A stretch of 25,233 nt of DNA from the NCBI GenBank assembly GCA_043797665.1, contig JAZDPL010000087.1:1-25233 (forward strand), written 5' to 3'. Every line of letters begins with the position of its first letter. Position 1 is the first letter of the stretch. Both the position numbers and the translations under genes were made by a program. Below are positions 1 through 10,500 of the stretch, in pieces. The notes under the pieces are model-generated. The model made no database searches. It worked only from the letters and a program-made list of their open reading frames with translations, and was not told where the DNA came from. The stretch is from Candidatus Omnitrophota bacterium. Its GTDB lineage: Bacteria > Ratteibacteria > UBA8468 > MWAK01.

Positions 1-1
1 C

Positions 2-838
2 ACCTTTGTTATGAACGCAGGCAGCCAGTGGACCTACGAAATCAAAGACGATTTCACCGGCTGGAAAGAGTTTAAGGTCTACCGTGAGGAGATGAAGACC
101 GCCGACACCAAGCCCAAGTGGGATGCAACCGGCTTGTTCTCGCTCCGGTTCCAGCCGGTCGGAAGCAGCGCGGTTGACATTGCGGACATCCACCTCCTGA
201 CAGCCAGAGGAATGGATTTTGCCGATAAAGAAAAGCCGGCAAAACGCTCGGTCACCATATACAAGACCAGTACCCCGCCGGTGATTGACGGCCTTGGCAA
301 CGATGCCTGCTGGAAAGACGCGGAAGTTGTCACCGACTTCTTTAAGGTCGGCACCCAAACCCTTTCCGCGTCAAAGACGCAGGCCAAACTCTGCTATGAC
401 GATGAGAACCTCTACATTCTTTTTAACAACATTGAGCCGATCGTATCTCTTTCTGCGGTTAAGTTATCCGAAACAGAGGTATTCCAGAGCGACCACGACC
501 ACATGCATATTGACCCCTACCGCGACAAGAAGAACTTCTTTGAAATTGCGGTTGACACCTCCGGGACGATGGCGGACATGAAGTTCTCCGCCGGAGGCAT
601 GGACCTGAAGTGGAACGGCGAGTACGAAGTGAAGACCTCTCTCAATTACAACGCCTCCTGGCTGGCCGAACTGCGCATACCGTTCAAGACGCTGGGGAAG
701 GCCGCCAAAGACGGCGACACCTGGGGCATCACCTTTGCCCGGATAGACATCACCAGGGAGTTTTCGTCCTGGACCACCGGCGAATGGGCCGACCCGTCCG
801 GCTTCGGCGACATGACCTTCGGCGGATATAAACCGTAG
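2..838 (+). CDS. 5'-truncated large multidomain glycoside-hydrolase-like protein (paralogue A). Only the CBM11-like and C-terminal CBM9-like modules are visible.
   Basis: The frame is open from position 2 (acc ttt gtt atg...), so the ATG at 11 is probably internal. It aligns collinearly with the C-terminus of 15554..19087 (YEIKDDFTGWKEFKV vs [29 protein letters not shown] vs [26 protein letters not shown] vs [18 protein letters not shown] vs DPAGFG). Confidence 0.9.
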   Translation, partial: TFVMNAGSQWTYEIKDDFTGWKEFKVYREEMKTADTKPKWDATGLFSLRFQPVGSSAVDIADIHLLTARGMDFADKEKPAKRSVTIYKTSTPPVIDGLGNDACWKDAEVVTDFFKVGTQTLSASKTQAKLCYDDENLYILFNNIEPIVSLSAVKLSETEVFQSDHDHMHIDPYRDKKNFFEIAVDTSGTMADMKFSAGGMDLKWNGEYEVKTSLNYNASWLAELRIPFKTLGKAAKDGDTWGITFARIDITREFSSWTTGEWADPSGFGDMTFGGYKP

Positions 839-887
839 AATTTGCCGAAGAGGCGAGGAAGACTTTCTACCAGAGGGATGACGACGC

Positions 888-2381
888 ATGAGAATGCCTG
901 TCCGTATTCATCCGCGAAATCCGAAAATATTTGAATTCCGGGGCAAGCCGGTGGTCCTGCTCTGCGCAACCGAACACTATGGCTCGGTGTTCAACCGGCC
1001 GTTCCGTTTTGAACGGTACCTCGCCGACGCGGCGGAAAAGGCGCAGACCCTGACCCGTCTTTTTCTGCTGTTTCGCGAGTTCCAGGGCACCCACAATCCG
1101 TACTCCACCTGTAAGCCGGAATCCACCGACTACATCGCGCCGTTCCCGCGGACCGGACCGGGCCGGGCTTTGGACGGATTGCCGAAATTTGATTTAAACC
1201 AGTGGAACCCGGAGTTCTTTGACCGGCTCCATCGTTTCCTGGCATTGACCGGTGCATGCGGCATCATCGTAGAGGTTGTTCTCCTGAGCAACACGTATAA
1301 TGACTATGTCTGGTCAGTCAACCCGCTCAATTCCGCTAACAACGTCAACGATGTGGAAACCATTCCGTGGACGGACTATATGAGCCGGCGGCACCCGAAA
1401 CTGTTCGCCCGGCAAAGCGCGCATGTGCGCAAAATGGTGGAGGAACTGAACTGCTACGACCACGTTTTTTTTGAAATCTGCAACGAACCCGGAGGAGCAT
1501 TTACCGGTCCGGACGCGCCGAAGGTTGCCGAAGTCAATGACTGGCAGATTGCCATCGCCCAACTCATCCGGGAGACCGAAGCCCGTCTTCCTCATCAACA
1601 TCTGATTGCCGGTCAGGAGGCATTTGCGTATTTCCACCGGTTGCCCGAAACAGGGGCAGTCCAGCAACTATCAGACCGGTCATTCCAGGATTTTCCCATA
1701 GACATAGTGAACATGCATCCGCTTCCGAATATAACCTACGGCGGCGAAGTGTACAACCTGGGTCAATTCATGTCAGGCGAACTGCGTTTGCGTGAACTGC
1801 GGCGGTATTGTCTGGATACGTACCGGGAAGGCAAGCCGTTGAACCTGGATGAGGACAACTGTGCCTCCCGGTTCCGCGATTATGACGGATGGACCGTCCA
1901 CCGCAAGCGCGCCTGGACGACTCTTTTCTGCGGCGCCCATTATGACATGATAGATTTTTCCATCCTGCCGTACCTGGAAACCGGCACCGATGAATCACGG
2001 CGCAACATCCGGACATGGATGAAGCATTTGTCGGAATTCATCCATTCGCTTGACCTGGAATCGGCGCGGCCGGCGCCGCAGGTGGTGCGCACCGCCCCGG
2101 ACAACGTGCTGGCTTCGGTCCTGGGCACGGCGCACGAGTTCTGCATCTATCTTGCCGACGAGCGGGAATGGGAGAGCCCGGGATACGGCCAGGCCATCCT
2201 CGGCGAATTGGAACTGGAACTGCCTCCGGCGACCTATCGTGCGGCGTTCTTCACTCCCACTACCGGTCTCTATTCTCCTTCATTGCGGTTGGAATGTCCG
2301 GGCGTCCTCCGCCTTGATGTACCCGAATTTACCCACGACCTGACGCTGCGGCTGACGCGAGTGGAATACGTCAAAGTCTAA
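888..2381 (+). CDS. Clan GH-A / GH5-like TIM-barrel glycoside hydrolase with a small C-terminal beta-sandwich; no signal peptide
   Basis: 497-aa ORF with FFEICNEP (acid/base-type NEP) and KPLNLDEDN (nucleophile-type Glu). KFDLNQWNPEFFDRL is typical of cellulase-like DUF proteins. GAGGGA lies about 9 nt upstream of the start. Confidence 0.75.
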   Translation: MRMPVRIHPRNPKIFEFRGKPVVLLCATEHYGSVFNRPFRFERYLADAAEKAQTLTRLFLLFREFQGTHNPYSTCKPESTDYIAPFPRTGPGRALDGLPKFDLNQWNPEFFDRLHRFLALTGACGIIVEVVLLSNTYNDYVWSVNPLNSANNVNDVETIPWTDYMSRRHPKLFARQSAHVRKMVEELNCYDHVFFEICNEPGGAFTGPDAPKVAEVNDWQIAIAQLIRETEARLPHQHLIAGQEAFAYFHRLPETGAVQQLSDRSFQDFPIDIVNMHPLPNITYGGEVYNLGQFMSGELRLRELRRYCLDTYREGKPLNLDEDNCASRFRDYDGWTVHRKRAWTTLFCGAHYDMIDFSILPYLETGTDESRRNIRTWMKHLSEFIHSLDLESARPAPQVVRTAPDNVLASVLGTAHEFCIYLADEREWESPGYGQAILGELELELPPATYRAAFFTPTTGLYSPSLRLECPGVLRLDVPEFTHDLTLRLTRVEYVKV

Positions 2382-2411
2382 AACTAATACAAACGCATTA
2401 AATAATTTGAC

Positions 2412-2461
2412 GTAGGGGTCGGATTTATCCGACCCGCGGGCTTGATAAATCAAGCTCCTAC
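2412..2461. repeat. GTAG-type REP doublet (REPIN-like): two 24-nt REP-like palindromes in inverted orientation separated by 2 nt
   Basis: + strand 2412-2435: GTAG GGGTCGGAT TT ATCCGACCC (perfect 9-bp stem). - strand 2461-2438: GTAG GAGCTTGAT TT ATCAAGCCC (8 of 9 pairs). It is intergenic, with AT-rich flanks. Confidence 0.8.
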
Positions 2462-2469
2462 ACAATTAA

Positions 2470-4716
2470 ATGAGAATCCCAAGTTTAGTCTGGCTTGTTT
2501 TGTCCGGTTTGTTGATTTTGGACATTTCCGTCTTATCCTCCGAAGCCATCCGTTCTCACTCTAATGCCACGCCCGTTGTCGCCGGCGTGGAGAAAAAAAC
2601 GACGCTGACATTTTACGTTTCCCCCGTGGGAGACGATGGTTGGTCGGGAAAAATTACTCAGCCGGACCAGGTCCGGAAAGACGGACCTTTCGCAAGCGTA
2701 GCCAGAGCGCGCGACGCCATACGCCAGATTAAGGCAGCGGGCCAATTATCGCAGCCGATTGCGGTTCAAATACGAGGGGGTTTGTATAACTTAAGAGAGC
2801 CTTTGGTTTTTACGCCGCAAGACTCCGGCACGGCCCAAACTCCCATTATTTATGAAGCTTATCCCAATGAAGTTCCTGTGTTAAGCGGTGGCCGTGTGAT
2901 TACCGGCTGGGAGCATGGGCAGGGGGATGTATGGACGGCTCAGGTGCCGGCTGTGAAAGAAGGGTCCTGGTATTTTCACCAGCTCTTCGTCAACGGCCTG
3001 CGGCGCCAGCGGGTGCGACTCCCCCATACGGGATTTTTCTACGTGGACGGCCAGCTCTCGGCGGGCCACAACCCCAGTTTCAGATTCCGGTCAGGTGACA
3101 TTCGTTCCTCATGGGCTCAGGATAGCGACGTTGAAGTGGTGGCGCTTGACAAGTGGATGGACCTTCGCGCGAAGATTGTATCCGTGAATGGTAACCGCGT
3201 GATGCTTTCCGGGACCCGCCACCCCCTGTTCAATGGCCAGGACGTACGCTACTGGATTGAGAATAATCCGGACCAGCCGGAGGCGCCCGGCGAGTGGTAC
3301 CTCAGCCGGCAGCAGGGAATGGTCTACTACCATCCCCTGCCCGACGAGGACCTTAAAAACAGCCAGGTGATCGCTCCTGCGCTCGAGCAAATAATACGCT
3401 TTGACGGAAACCCTGATGATAATGTCCACGACATCATTCTTCGTGGCCTTGTCATCAGTTATGCAGACTGGTCTCTGCCTTTACAGATGAACGGCCCATT
3501 TATTCAGGCGGATGTTGAGTTGTCGGCAGCAGTAGAAGCTAAAGGCGCCCGTTCCTGCACGATTGAGAAATGTGTGTTCAGCCATCTGGGTCAGTATGCC
3601 GTCGCATTCGGCAAAGGGTCGAAGGATAATCTTATTGTCGCCAATGAGATGACCGACTTAGGCGCCGGAGGTGTGAAAATAGGTGACGCTCGGAGCGGAG
3701 TTTATCCGCGGCGGCATCCGGGCCAGACAGGCAGGGTACCTGAATCCAGATTTCCTTTGGACTCGTCACAGTACAACGCCCGGCCTGATTATCCGCACAG
3801 CGAGGCGGAGACCTCAAGCAACAATGTTGTCTCCGACAATCATATCCACGATATCGGGGTCACTTTCCCGAGCGGGGTCGGCATCTGGGTGGGTCAGAGC
3901 CACGACAACATGATTTCTCATAATGAAATCTACGACACCTATTACTCCGGTATCTCCTGCGGCTGGACATGGGGTTTTGGTCCAACGGCAGCACGGGCTA
4001 ATGTTATTGAGTTCAACCATATCTACAACATCGGCCGTGGCCTGTTGAGCGATATGGGTGCAATCTACACTTTGGGCGTCCAACCGGGTACGGTGATATT
4101 CAATAATGTCTTGCACGATGTCCACCGCTACGACGGACAAGGCGGATACGGAGGTTGGGGCATTTATTTAGATGCCGCCAGCAGTGAAATCCTGGCAGAG
4201 AATAATATCATTTATCACACGGAGGACGGCAGCCTGCACCAGAATTCCGGCCAACATAACACTATCAGGAATAACATTTTTGCGCTCAACCGTGTGGCAC
4301 AGATTCAGCGCTCGCATGCGGCGCCGGAGCAGAGTTTTGCGTTTCAGCGCAATATCGTTTACTGGAAAGAGGGGGACCTGCTGCGTACCCGCTTGAGCGA
4401 AGGAGGGTTATTTTTCGACTATAACCTCTACTACAATACGGCGGGTAATCCTGTTCAGTTGGGCACGTCTCGTTTTGGTGAGATTTCCTGGGTACAATGG
4501 CAGGCGGACGGACAGGATTTGCACTCTATCATTGCCGATCCCCGCTTTGTTGATCCGGAACACGGAAATTTTGCGCTGGCACCCGGCTCGCCTGCCTACA
4601 AGATAGGGTTTCAGGCTATTGAAACAAGCCAGGTCGGTCCCAGGAAAAGTAAACTCCCTTTGGAGAACTCCAAGCGAAGCGAGGTGCGACTTGACAATTG
4701 TAAGGGAATGTTTTAA
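2470..4716 (+). CDS. Secreted right-handed parallel beta-helix glycoside hydrolase, GH141-like
   Basis: 748 aa with a hydrophobic N-terminal signal. Motifs include FYVSPVGDDGWSG, DGPFASVARARDAIR, QLFVNG, PGEWY, YSGISCGWTWG, SDMGAIYTLG and GWGIYLD, plus repeated N-x-I beta-helix rungs and a C-terminal ADPRFVDP..GNF. Confidence 0.8.
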   Translation: MRIPSLVWLVLSGLLILDISVLSSEAIRSHSNATPVVAGVEKKTTLTFYVSPVGDDGWSGKITQPDQVRKDGPFASVARARDAIRQIKAAGQLSQPIAVQIRGGLYNLREPLVFTPQDSGTAQTPIIYEAYPNEVPVLSGGRVITGWEHGQGDVWTAQVPAVKEGSWYFHQLFVNGLRRQRVRLPHTGFFYVDGQLSAGHNPSFRFRSGDIRSSWAQDSDVEVVALDKWMDLRAKIVSVNGNRVMLSGTRHPLFNGQDVRYWIENNPDQPEAPGEWYLSRQQGMVYYHPLPDEDLKNSQVIAPALEQIIRFDGNPDDNVHDIILRGLVISYADWSLPLQMNGPFIQADVELSAAVEAKGARSCTIEKCVFSHLGQYAVAFGKGSKDNLIVANEMTDLGAGGVKIGDARSGVYPRRHPGQTGRVPESRFPLDSSQYNARPDYPHSEAETSSNNVVSDNHIHDIGVTFPSGVGIWVGQSHDNMISHNEIYDTYYSGISCGWTWGFGPTAARANVIEFNHIYNIGRGLLSDMGAIYTLGVQPGTVIFNNVLHDVHRYDGQGGYGGWGIYLDAASSEILAENNIIYHTEDGSLHQNSGQHNTIRNNIFALNRVAQIQRSHAAPEQSFAFQRNIVYWKEGDLLRTRLSEGGLFFDYNLYYNTAGNPVQLGTSRFGEISWVQWQADGQDLHSIIADPRFVDPEHGNFALAPGSPAYKIGFQAIETSQVGPRKSKLPLENSKRSEVRLDNCKGMF

Positions 4717-4719
4717 ACT
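4691..4719 (+). promoter_or_regulatory. Candidate sigma70 promoter for the genes downstream of the GH141-like gene
   Basis: TTGACA (4691-4696), a 17-nt spacer, then TAAACT (4714-4719). An SD-like AAGGGAG follows at 4738-4744. Confidence 0.55.
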
Positions 4720-4762
4720 AACTCAAACGATAGACGTAAGGGAGAATTACCTGTTTAGAAGA

Positions 4763-6736
4763 ATGCCAAATATGCCGCCTCTCCAGATAATCCATTCCTT
4801 TGAAGGCCTGATTAACGCGACCGACGGGATAGAAGTTATGATAAGTTTCGGTCGGCCGAAGGAACCGCCCGACGTCAGCAATTTTGAGCCGAGGGTGCGG
4901 GAAGAGTTGAGCAAACTCAAGGAACGGGGCATCGGCGGGCTGGCAGTCAACGTCGGCTACGCGAATTACCTGGAAAATGAAGATGCCTGGGAGAGGTTCC
5001 TCGTTGGTTTCCGCGCCGCCTGTGAAATGGGTTTCCGCCTCTGGATTTATGATGAAAACGGCTACCCCAGCGGCACGGCCGGAGGTAATGTTTTAAGGGA
5101 CCATCCGGAACTGGAAGCAATCGGCCTGAAGAAGATGGAGATTAAGAAGCCGGTCTTTCCCCTGACCATTTCACTTCCGGAGCCGAGAGCTTCTTTTTAC
5201 GCCGCCTTCGGTGTCGGTCCGGACAAACGGCGCCGGCAATTGAAGATAGAAAAGGGAAGCCGGAAAATTACGGTTGAAACCGGAAGGTACAAAACGGTGG
5301 AAATCTATTTTCTGGCGCCGCTTTACGAAGGAGCCCACTGCGCCAGGAATGCCGGTTCATCCCGGCGGTACATCAACCTTTTGGATTCCAGGGCGGTCAA
5401 CCGGTTTTTGAAAGTCACCCACGCCAAATATTTTGAAAAAATCCCGGCCGATTTACGCCGGAACCTGGAGGCGGTTTTCACCGACGAGCCTTCATTGATG
5501 GCGCACGTGATGCCCTTTCCGCACATCACGCTGGAGGAAGACCCGGTTGATTCCAACCTCCCCATCCTTCCGTCCGTTCCCTGGTGCGGTGAGATTGAGG
5601 CGAGGTTTCTGGCGGAGAACGCCTCGGCGCTTGAGTCCAGGGTCTGGATGCTCTTCCGCGGAACCAACCGGGAGGAGAGAAGAGTCAGGAGAGCGTTCTG
5701 GTCCATTGTCGCCGGGCTATACCGGAATTCATTTTCGGAACAGGCCGCCAACGTATGCGCCGCGATGGGATTTGACCTTTCCGGTCATTTTTTGCATGAA
5801 GAGACCATTTATCAGCACGCAGTTTTCAGCGGAAACCTGCTGGAAGCGCTGAAATATTTTCAACGGCCGGGAATTGACGTCTTGAGTTGTAACCCGGCAC
5901 TCTTTTTCCGGACGTACATCCTTACCCACCGGGTCGCCCTTTCGGCATCTTTCTTCGGCTCCCAAAAAGGTCTGATGACCGAAACCAGCGATTACAGCGA
6001 ATACTGGCACGGCGACCGCAAAGGCGCTTCTGTGGAAGAAATTAAGTACGTTCTGGTGATGCAGTACCTGATGGGAGTACGGGATTTTTGTTTCTATTTC
6101 GTCTGGCGGAGATTCTCTCCGGAAGAATACCGCGCCATCTGTGATTTCACCGCTTTTCTGGTTGAGACCGGTACAGGCGGTTCCTTCCGGCCGTCCGTTG
6201 GGCTGTACTATCCGATTGAGATGATATGGGACTGGTACCTGCCTTCGAATATGCCCATGATGAAGGAAGGATTTGAGAGCCAGCCCGAACATCTCAAGCG
6301 CGTCCAGGAAAAGACAACGGAGGCATGCAATGCCTTGTTCCTTGCCAATAAGCAATTTGTCTTCTGCGGCCGGGAGGAGATAGGCCGGCTTAAGGAGATG
6401 GGTATAGACAAACTCATCTACCCGGACGTCGGCAGACCGGAAGCGGAACTTATCCGTCTTTGCCGGGAAACCGGAGTGAAACTGGTACCGATAAAGAGAG
6501 AGGTGGAACTCCGACCGGGCGAAAGATTCCTGAAATCCGGCAGAAGCGTGGTCTATTCCTGTTTCGGCAAATTCATCTTTGCGGTCAATTACGGAAAGGA
6601 GAAGTCATTTGTTTCGGTCAACCGCGAAGCGGAAGTAAACTTTCCCTCAAGAGAAAGGACACGCCGCAGGGTTTCCGGTCGTATCGACCTGGAGCCCTAC
6701 GAAAGCATATTCATTTTCAAAAAGGAGGACGTATGA
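4763..6736 (+). CDS. GH106-like (alpha-L-rhamnosidase-related) glycoside hydrolase; no signal peptide; start uncertain (CTG 4751, ATG 4763 or ATG 4772)
   Basis: Motifs LWIYDENGYPSGTAGG, AVFTDEPSL, SGHFLHEE, RPGIDVL, MTETSD and VGLYYPIE. The ORF-track start at 4619 would overlap the upstream gene by about 100 nt. Confidence 0.75.
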   Translation: MPNMPPLQIIHSFEGLINATDGIEVMISFGRPKEPPDVSNFEPRVREELSKLKERGIGGLAVNVGYANYLENEDAWERFLVGFRAACEMGFRLWIYDENGYPSGTAGGNVLRDHPELEAIGLKKMEIKKPVFPLTISLPEPRASFYAAFGVGPDKRRRQLKIEKGSRKITVETGRYKTVEIYFLAPLYEGAHCARNAGSSRRYINLLDSRAVNRFLKVTHAKYFEKIPADLRRNLEAVFTDEPSLMAHVMPFPHITLEEDPVDSNLPILPSVPWCGEIEARFLAENASALESRVWMLFRGTNREERRVRRAFWSIVAGLYRNSFSEQAANVCAAMGFDLSGHFLHEETIYQHAVFSGNLLEALKYFQRPGIDVLSCNPALFFRTYILTHRVALSASFFGSQKGLMTETSDYSEYWHGDRKGASVEEIKYVLVMQYLMGVRDFCFYFVWRRFSPEEYRAICDFTAFLVETGTGGSFRPSVGLYYPIEMIWDWYLPSNMPMMKEGFESQPEHLKRVQEKTTEACNALFLANKQFVFCGREEIGRLKEMGIDKLIYPDVGRPEAELIRLCRETGVKLVPIKREVELRPGERFLKSGRSVVYSCFGKFIFAVNYGKEKSFVSVNREAEVNFPSRERTRRRVSGRIDLEPYESIFIFKKEDV

Positions 6737-7491
6737 AAGGATTTTCTGGTTTGAAGGGCGTTTGTATGGTTTTCGCGGCGACGGTGCTTCTTTCCTCGAC
6801 GGCCGGCATCTTCCGGCCGTATCTGTTCGGCGAGGAATCCAAGCAGGCGGGAGATAAGGACGCATTGTTCTACCTTCCGTTTGACGGGAACGGCGACCCG
6901 GCAATCGCCAAGGGCGACAAGGGCTTCACGATAGTCGGCAAGCCGACTTTCACGGAAGGCAAGGCCGGGAAGGCGGCGGTCCTCAGCAGCGTCGACTGGT
7001 TCAACTACAAGACGGATGGCAACATCAGTTCCGCGGCAGGAACTCTGGAGATGTGGCTCCAACCGGTGGACTGGCACAAGGACGACAATGAATACCATCA
7101 CTTCCTGCGGCTCTACGGAGGGTCCTGGGATGTTATTCTTTACAAGCACGGCGAGTCCCCCTCCATTTACTTTTATCAGGGTCCGTCCGCTCAGACGAAA
7201 CGGACCATCGCGGTCGGTTTCATGGGCAAAAAATGGGTACCGGACGTCTGGCACCACGTGGCGGTAACCTGGTCAGACAAGGGAGCGGCCGTCTATATGG
7301 ATGGGAAACTTAGCGGAGAAGTGCCTCTTGCAATCCCTCTGCCTCCGGACGATCTGACCAAGGGTTCCATGTTCATCGGAGGCACTTACTTCGTTCCGAA
7401 TGACACTAAGACGGTGGTCGACGAACTGCGCATCTACAGCCGGGTTTTGAGCGCCGAAGAGATCGCCGCCCATTACGAAGCCCTGAAATAG
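6733..7491 (+). CDS. Secreted stand-alone LamG / concanavalin A-like jelly-roll protein (252 aa)
   Basis: AAAGGAGG SD, then an ATG overlapping the upstream TGA. It has a hydrophobic N-terminus and the motifs FYLPFDG, GKAGKA, GTLEMWLQP, WHHVAVTW, VYMDGK and DELRIYSRVLSAEEI. Confidence 0.88.
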   Translation: MKGFSGLKGVCMVFAATVLLSSTAGIFRPYLFGEESKQAGDKDALFYLPFDGNGDPAIAKGDKGFTIVGKPTFTEGKAGKAAVLSSVDWFNYKTDGNISSAAGTLEMWLQPVDWHKDDNEYHHFLRLYGGSWDVILYKHGESPSIYFYQGPSAQTKRTIAVGFMGKKWVPDVWHHVAVTWSDKGAAVYMDGKLSGEVPLAIPLPPDDLTKGSMFIGGTYFVPNDTKTVVDELRIYSRVLSAEEIAAHYEALK

Positions 7492-7510
7492 CGGCGGAGA
7501 CGGAGGAAAC

Positions 7511-10500
7511 ATGCGGAAATATTATTGTTTTTCAGCCCTGTTCATTCTGGCGCTTTTGGCACGAGTCGTCACAGTTTGTGGAGCAAGCGAGCCGATTGTG
7601 CTGTCCGGTGACGCGGTGAGCTTCTCCATATCGCCGGAAGACGGGAGAGTCCTGAACGTCCTGGACAAGAAGAGCGGAAAGACGGTCATTGAAAACAGTT
7701 ATGACCTCTATGTCCGGGGGAATATAAGCCGGGACGAAAGAACCGACAAGGTAAAGACGATTGAAAGCGGCAAGGACTCGGTCAAATTGGCCTGCGTTAA
7801 CGGCGATCTGGGCCTGACCATAGAAAAGACGTACACCTTGAAGGACAACCTCCTTTCCAAAAAAGCGACCTATCGGACCGGCGACAGCGAACCAGAAAAG
7901 TACGAAATATATTCCCAGGTGGAAATGAACGGTGAATTGCGAAAAGGCGGCTATTACTACCGGCCGATGGACGACGGATACAAGGTGCCCGGTGCCGTAA
8001 TCATACCCGCCTATCTTGTTACCAAAGACAACCGCCTGACGACCTCTGCCGGTTATCTGGTCTGCTATCTTAAATCATTAAACAAGACGGTCGGTCAGTA
8101 CGTCTACCGGATTGACGGGCACATCGCCTACAATAACCCGGCTCTGGTCGCAAAGGCAACACCTTCCGGCTGGGTGACCGCGGTCGGTCAGCAATTTGTT
8201 TCCGCCAGCCGGAGCGTTACCTTTGAAACCCACCTGGCTTTGGTTGACGGAGACCCCAGATATTTCGACGCCCGGTATTTCTCGCTGCCGGAATATGCGG
8301 AATTCGGAAAGGTTGAAGCTCCGTCCTGGGTCGGCGATACCGCCATCTGGGGAGTCTGCCCCGAACTGTATTCCATTCTTGCCCCGGACGGATTCGGGTC
8401 GTTTCAGAAACAAGTTGAACTTTGCCTGGACTTTGTTCCCGACGGTCAGTATATGCTGGCTTTGATAAACCATTACACCATGGCCGGGGATTATCGTTCC
8501 ACGGGGACCATGAAATACCCTCCTGTCGGCATGAAGGATTATTCGGGAAGAGTCAGCGCCGAGGCGGTGAAGGAAATCGTCGCCAAACTGCATGCAATCT
8601 CTCCCAAGATAAAGGTTGGTTTCTACAGCATTGGTAGTTTCGTTTCCGAAGAGAGCGAGACGTTTATGAAACAGCACCCGGAATGGCTGGCAAAGGATGA
8701 GAAAGACAATTTGATGGAGACAACCGACGGCATCGGAAAGTGTTACGTCCTGGACGTGGCCAACCCTGACTGGCAGGATTTTGCGGTCGGCCAGTACCGG
8801 GATACGATAGATAACCTGGGCGTAGATTTCCTCTATATGGACAATGCGCCGGGAGAGAGCATCAACTGGAGCGTGCCCAGGGTCGCAAGCACTGCGGATT
8901 ACACGGAACTTTTCCGGAAAATCCACCGGATGGCAAACGCCAAGAACGTGGCGCTGATGATGAACCATGCGGCCGGCGTAAACCTCATGTGCGACATCGG
9001 CATACTTGAAAACAGCATGGGGTATAAGAATCTTGAAGATAAGGACTGGAGGATAAACGCCGCCTGGGCTTTCCGGGCGAAGATGGCGACCGGAGTCAGA
9101 CCCAGCGCCAGGATAGTCCCGATGTGGTATGACAGCGCAGTCCTCGCCCAGCACGGTCCGGGTTTCGGGTTGATAACCGACCAGCATGCCTGGATGGCCC
9201 GCAGCGCCGCCATGGTCAATTTCGCCAAACTATACCAGAAGATAGGCGAAGAGCTTAAAGATGCCTGGGCGGAAAATCTGGACTTTAAACCGTCGTTCTG
9301 GAAGCTGGAGACTGAAGACCTGGAAATCTGCAGTTTGAGAAAGAACAGTGTTTTTATCTTTCCGTGCATCTGGCACGGGGAGGATAAGGGCACGGAAAAG
9401 GTAAGCATCGAGACCTCCGGTATGGGACTGGACCCGGACAGCGCCACCTTTATCCTCAGGATTTCCCCCAATCTGCCGGAATTTATGGATATCTATTCCC
9501 GGCCGGTCTTCCAGAAATACGCCGCCCTGGTGAATTCCGTTGCGGTGGAAGAAAGCGGCACCATGAAGACCATTGACCAGAAGCTTTCCCTGATGCCCGG
9601 GCAGCAGCAGTACCTGATAGTGAGTCAGGTTCCCGGTTTCATCTATTCCGTCGGAGGGAGGCGGAGCGTTCTTCTTATGCCGGAGGTTTCCGGCGTAAAG
9701 ATGGAAGGCCAATTGAAAAAAGGGACGACCGGTTCCTACGCGGTTAAAGTTATTGTCGGCTCCGGGAAGGCGGAAATACTGCTTTATGTCCCTCCCGCCT
9801 GGCCCGACGTTTCCGTTGAGGTTGACGGAGCCGCCGCGAAAGGAAAGACCGTTGACTTGCGCGGAAGCCGGTTTGTGCTTCTGCCGGTTGACAAAGGAAG
9901 TCATACGCTGAAAATTTCAAAACTGAATGCGGCCGCCGTCTCCGTTTCACCTTTTGAAAGCATCAAGGCCGATATCTGGTCGGAACAATTCCGTACTTTT
10001 TCCTGGAATTTTTACGGTCTTGATTATGAGACCGGCTACCAGGCCGGCCGCTGCACCTTGAAATTGAAGGGACTTAACGGCGCCTCCGGCGGTAAGGTCG
10101 TTTTTGATACGTTTCCGCTCAATTTCGGCGATGGCGTGCGATTATCGGTTCTGGGTCAGGGAGGTCAGGAAAAGGTCTGGGTAACTCTCCCCGGCTGGCA
10201 GTGGTCCAGGATGATGGATTTCAAGGGCTGGAAGGATTTTGTCCTGACCAGGCAGGACTTTACCCAATCCTCCTCGACGGAATGGCCGAAAGGCAGGGCG
10301 TTTCCGGAAATTGCCTTTTCGAACCTGGGCGGTCAGGGGTTGACCATAGGAGATTTCTCATTCATAAAAGCTAAAGCCGGTGCGCAGAAAGAGACCGGAG
10401 CCAAGGAAATTAAAGCGCTCCGGACGGAGAATCCCCCGGTAATAGACGGCTTCCCCACCGACGGATGCTGGGAGAAGGCGGATGGGCAGAAATTGCTTTA

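Noticed and set aside
2412..2461. Hairpins read as a Rho-independent terminator or CRISPR repeats
   Set aside because: There is no U-tract after the stems, only two units in inverted orientation, no spacers and no cas genes. A REP doublet fits better.
4619..4762. ORF-track N-terminal extension of the GH106-like gene
   Set aside because: It starts at a TTG, overlaps the GH141-like gene by about 100 nt and spans the candidate promoter.
6460..6732. ORF-track extension of the LamG gene (343 aa)
   Set aside because: It overlaps the upstream CDS. A strong SD, an ATG and a signal peptide mark the start at 6733.
8078..9187. 369-aa antisense ORF (also 11914-12915, 17960-18727, 24008-24784 and others)
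   Set aside because: These are shadow ORFs opposite well-supported genes, with no recognisable motifs. They are expected from codon bias in GC-rich coding DNA.
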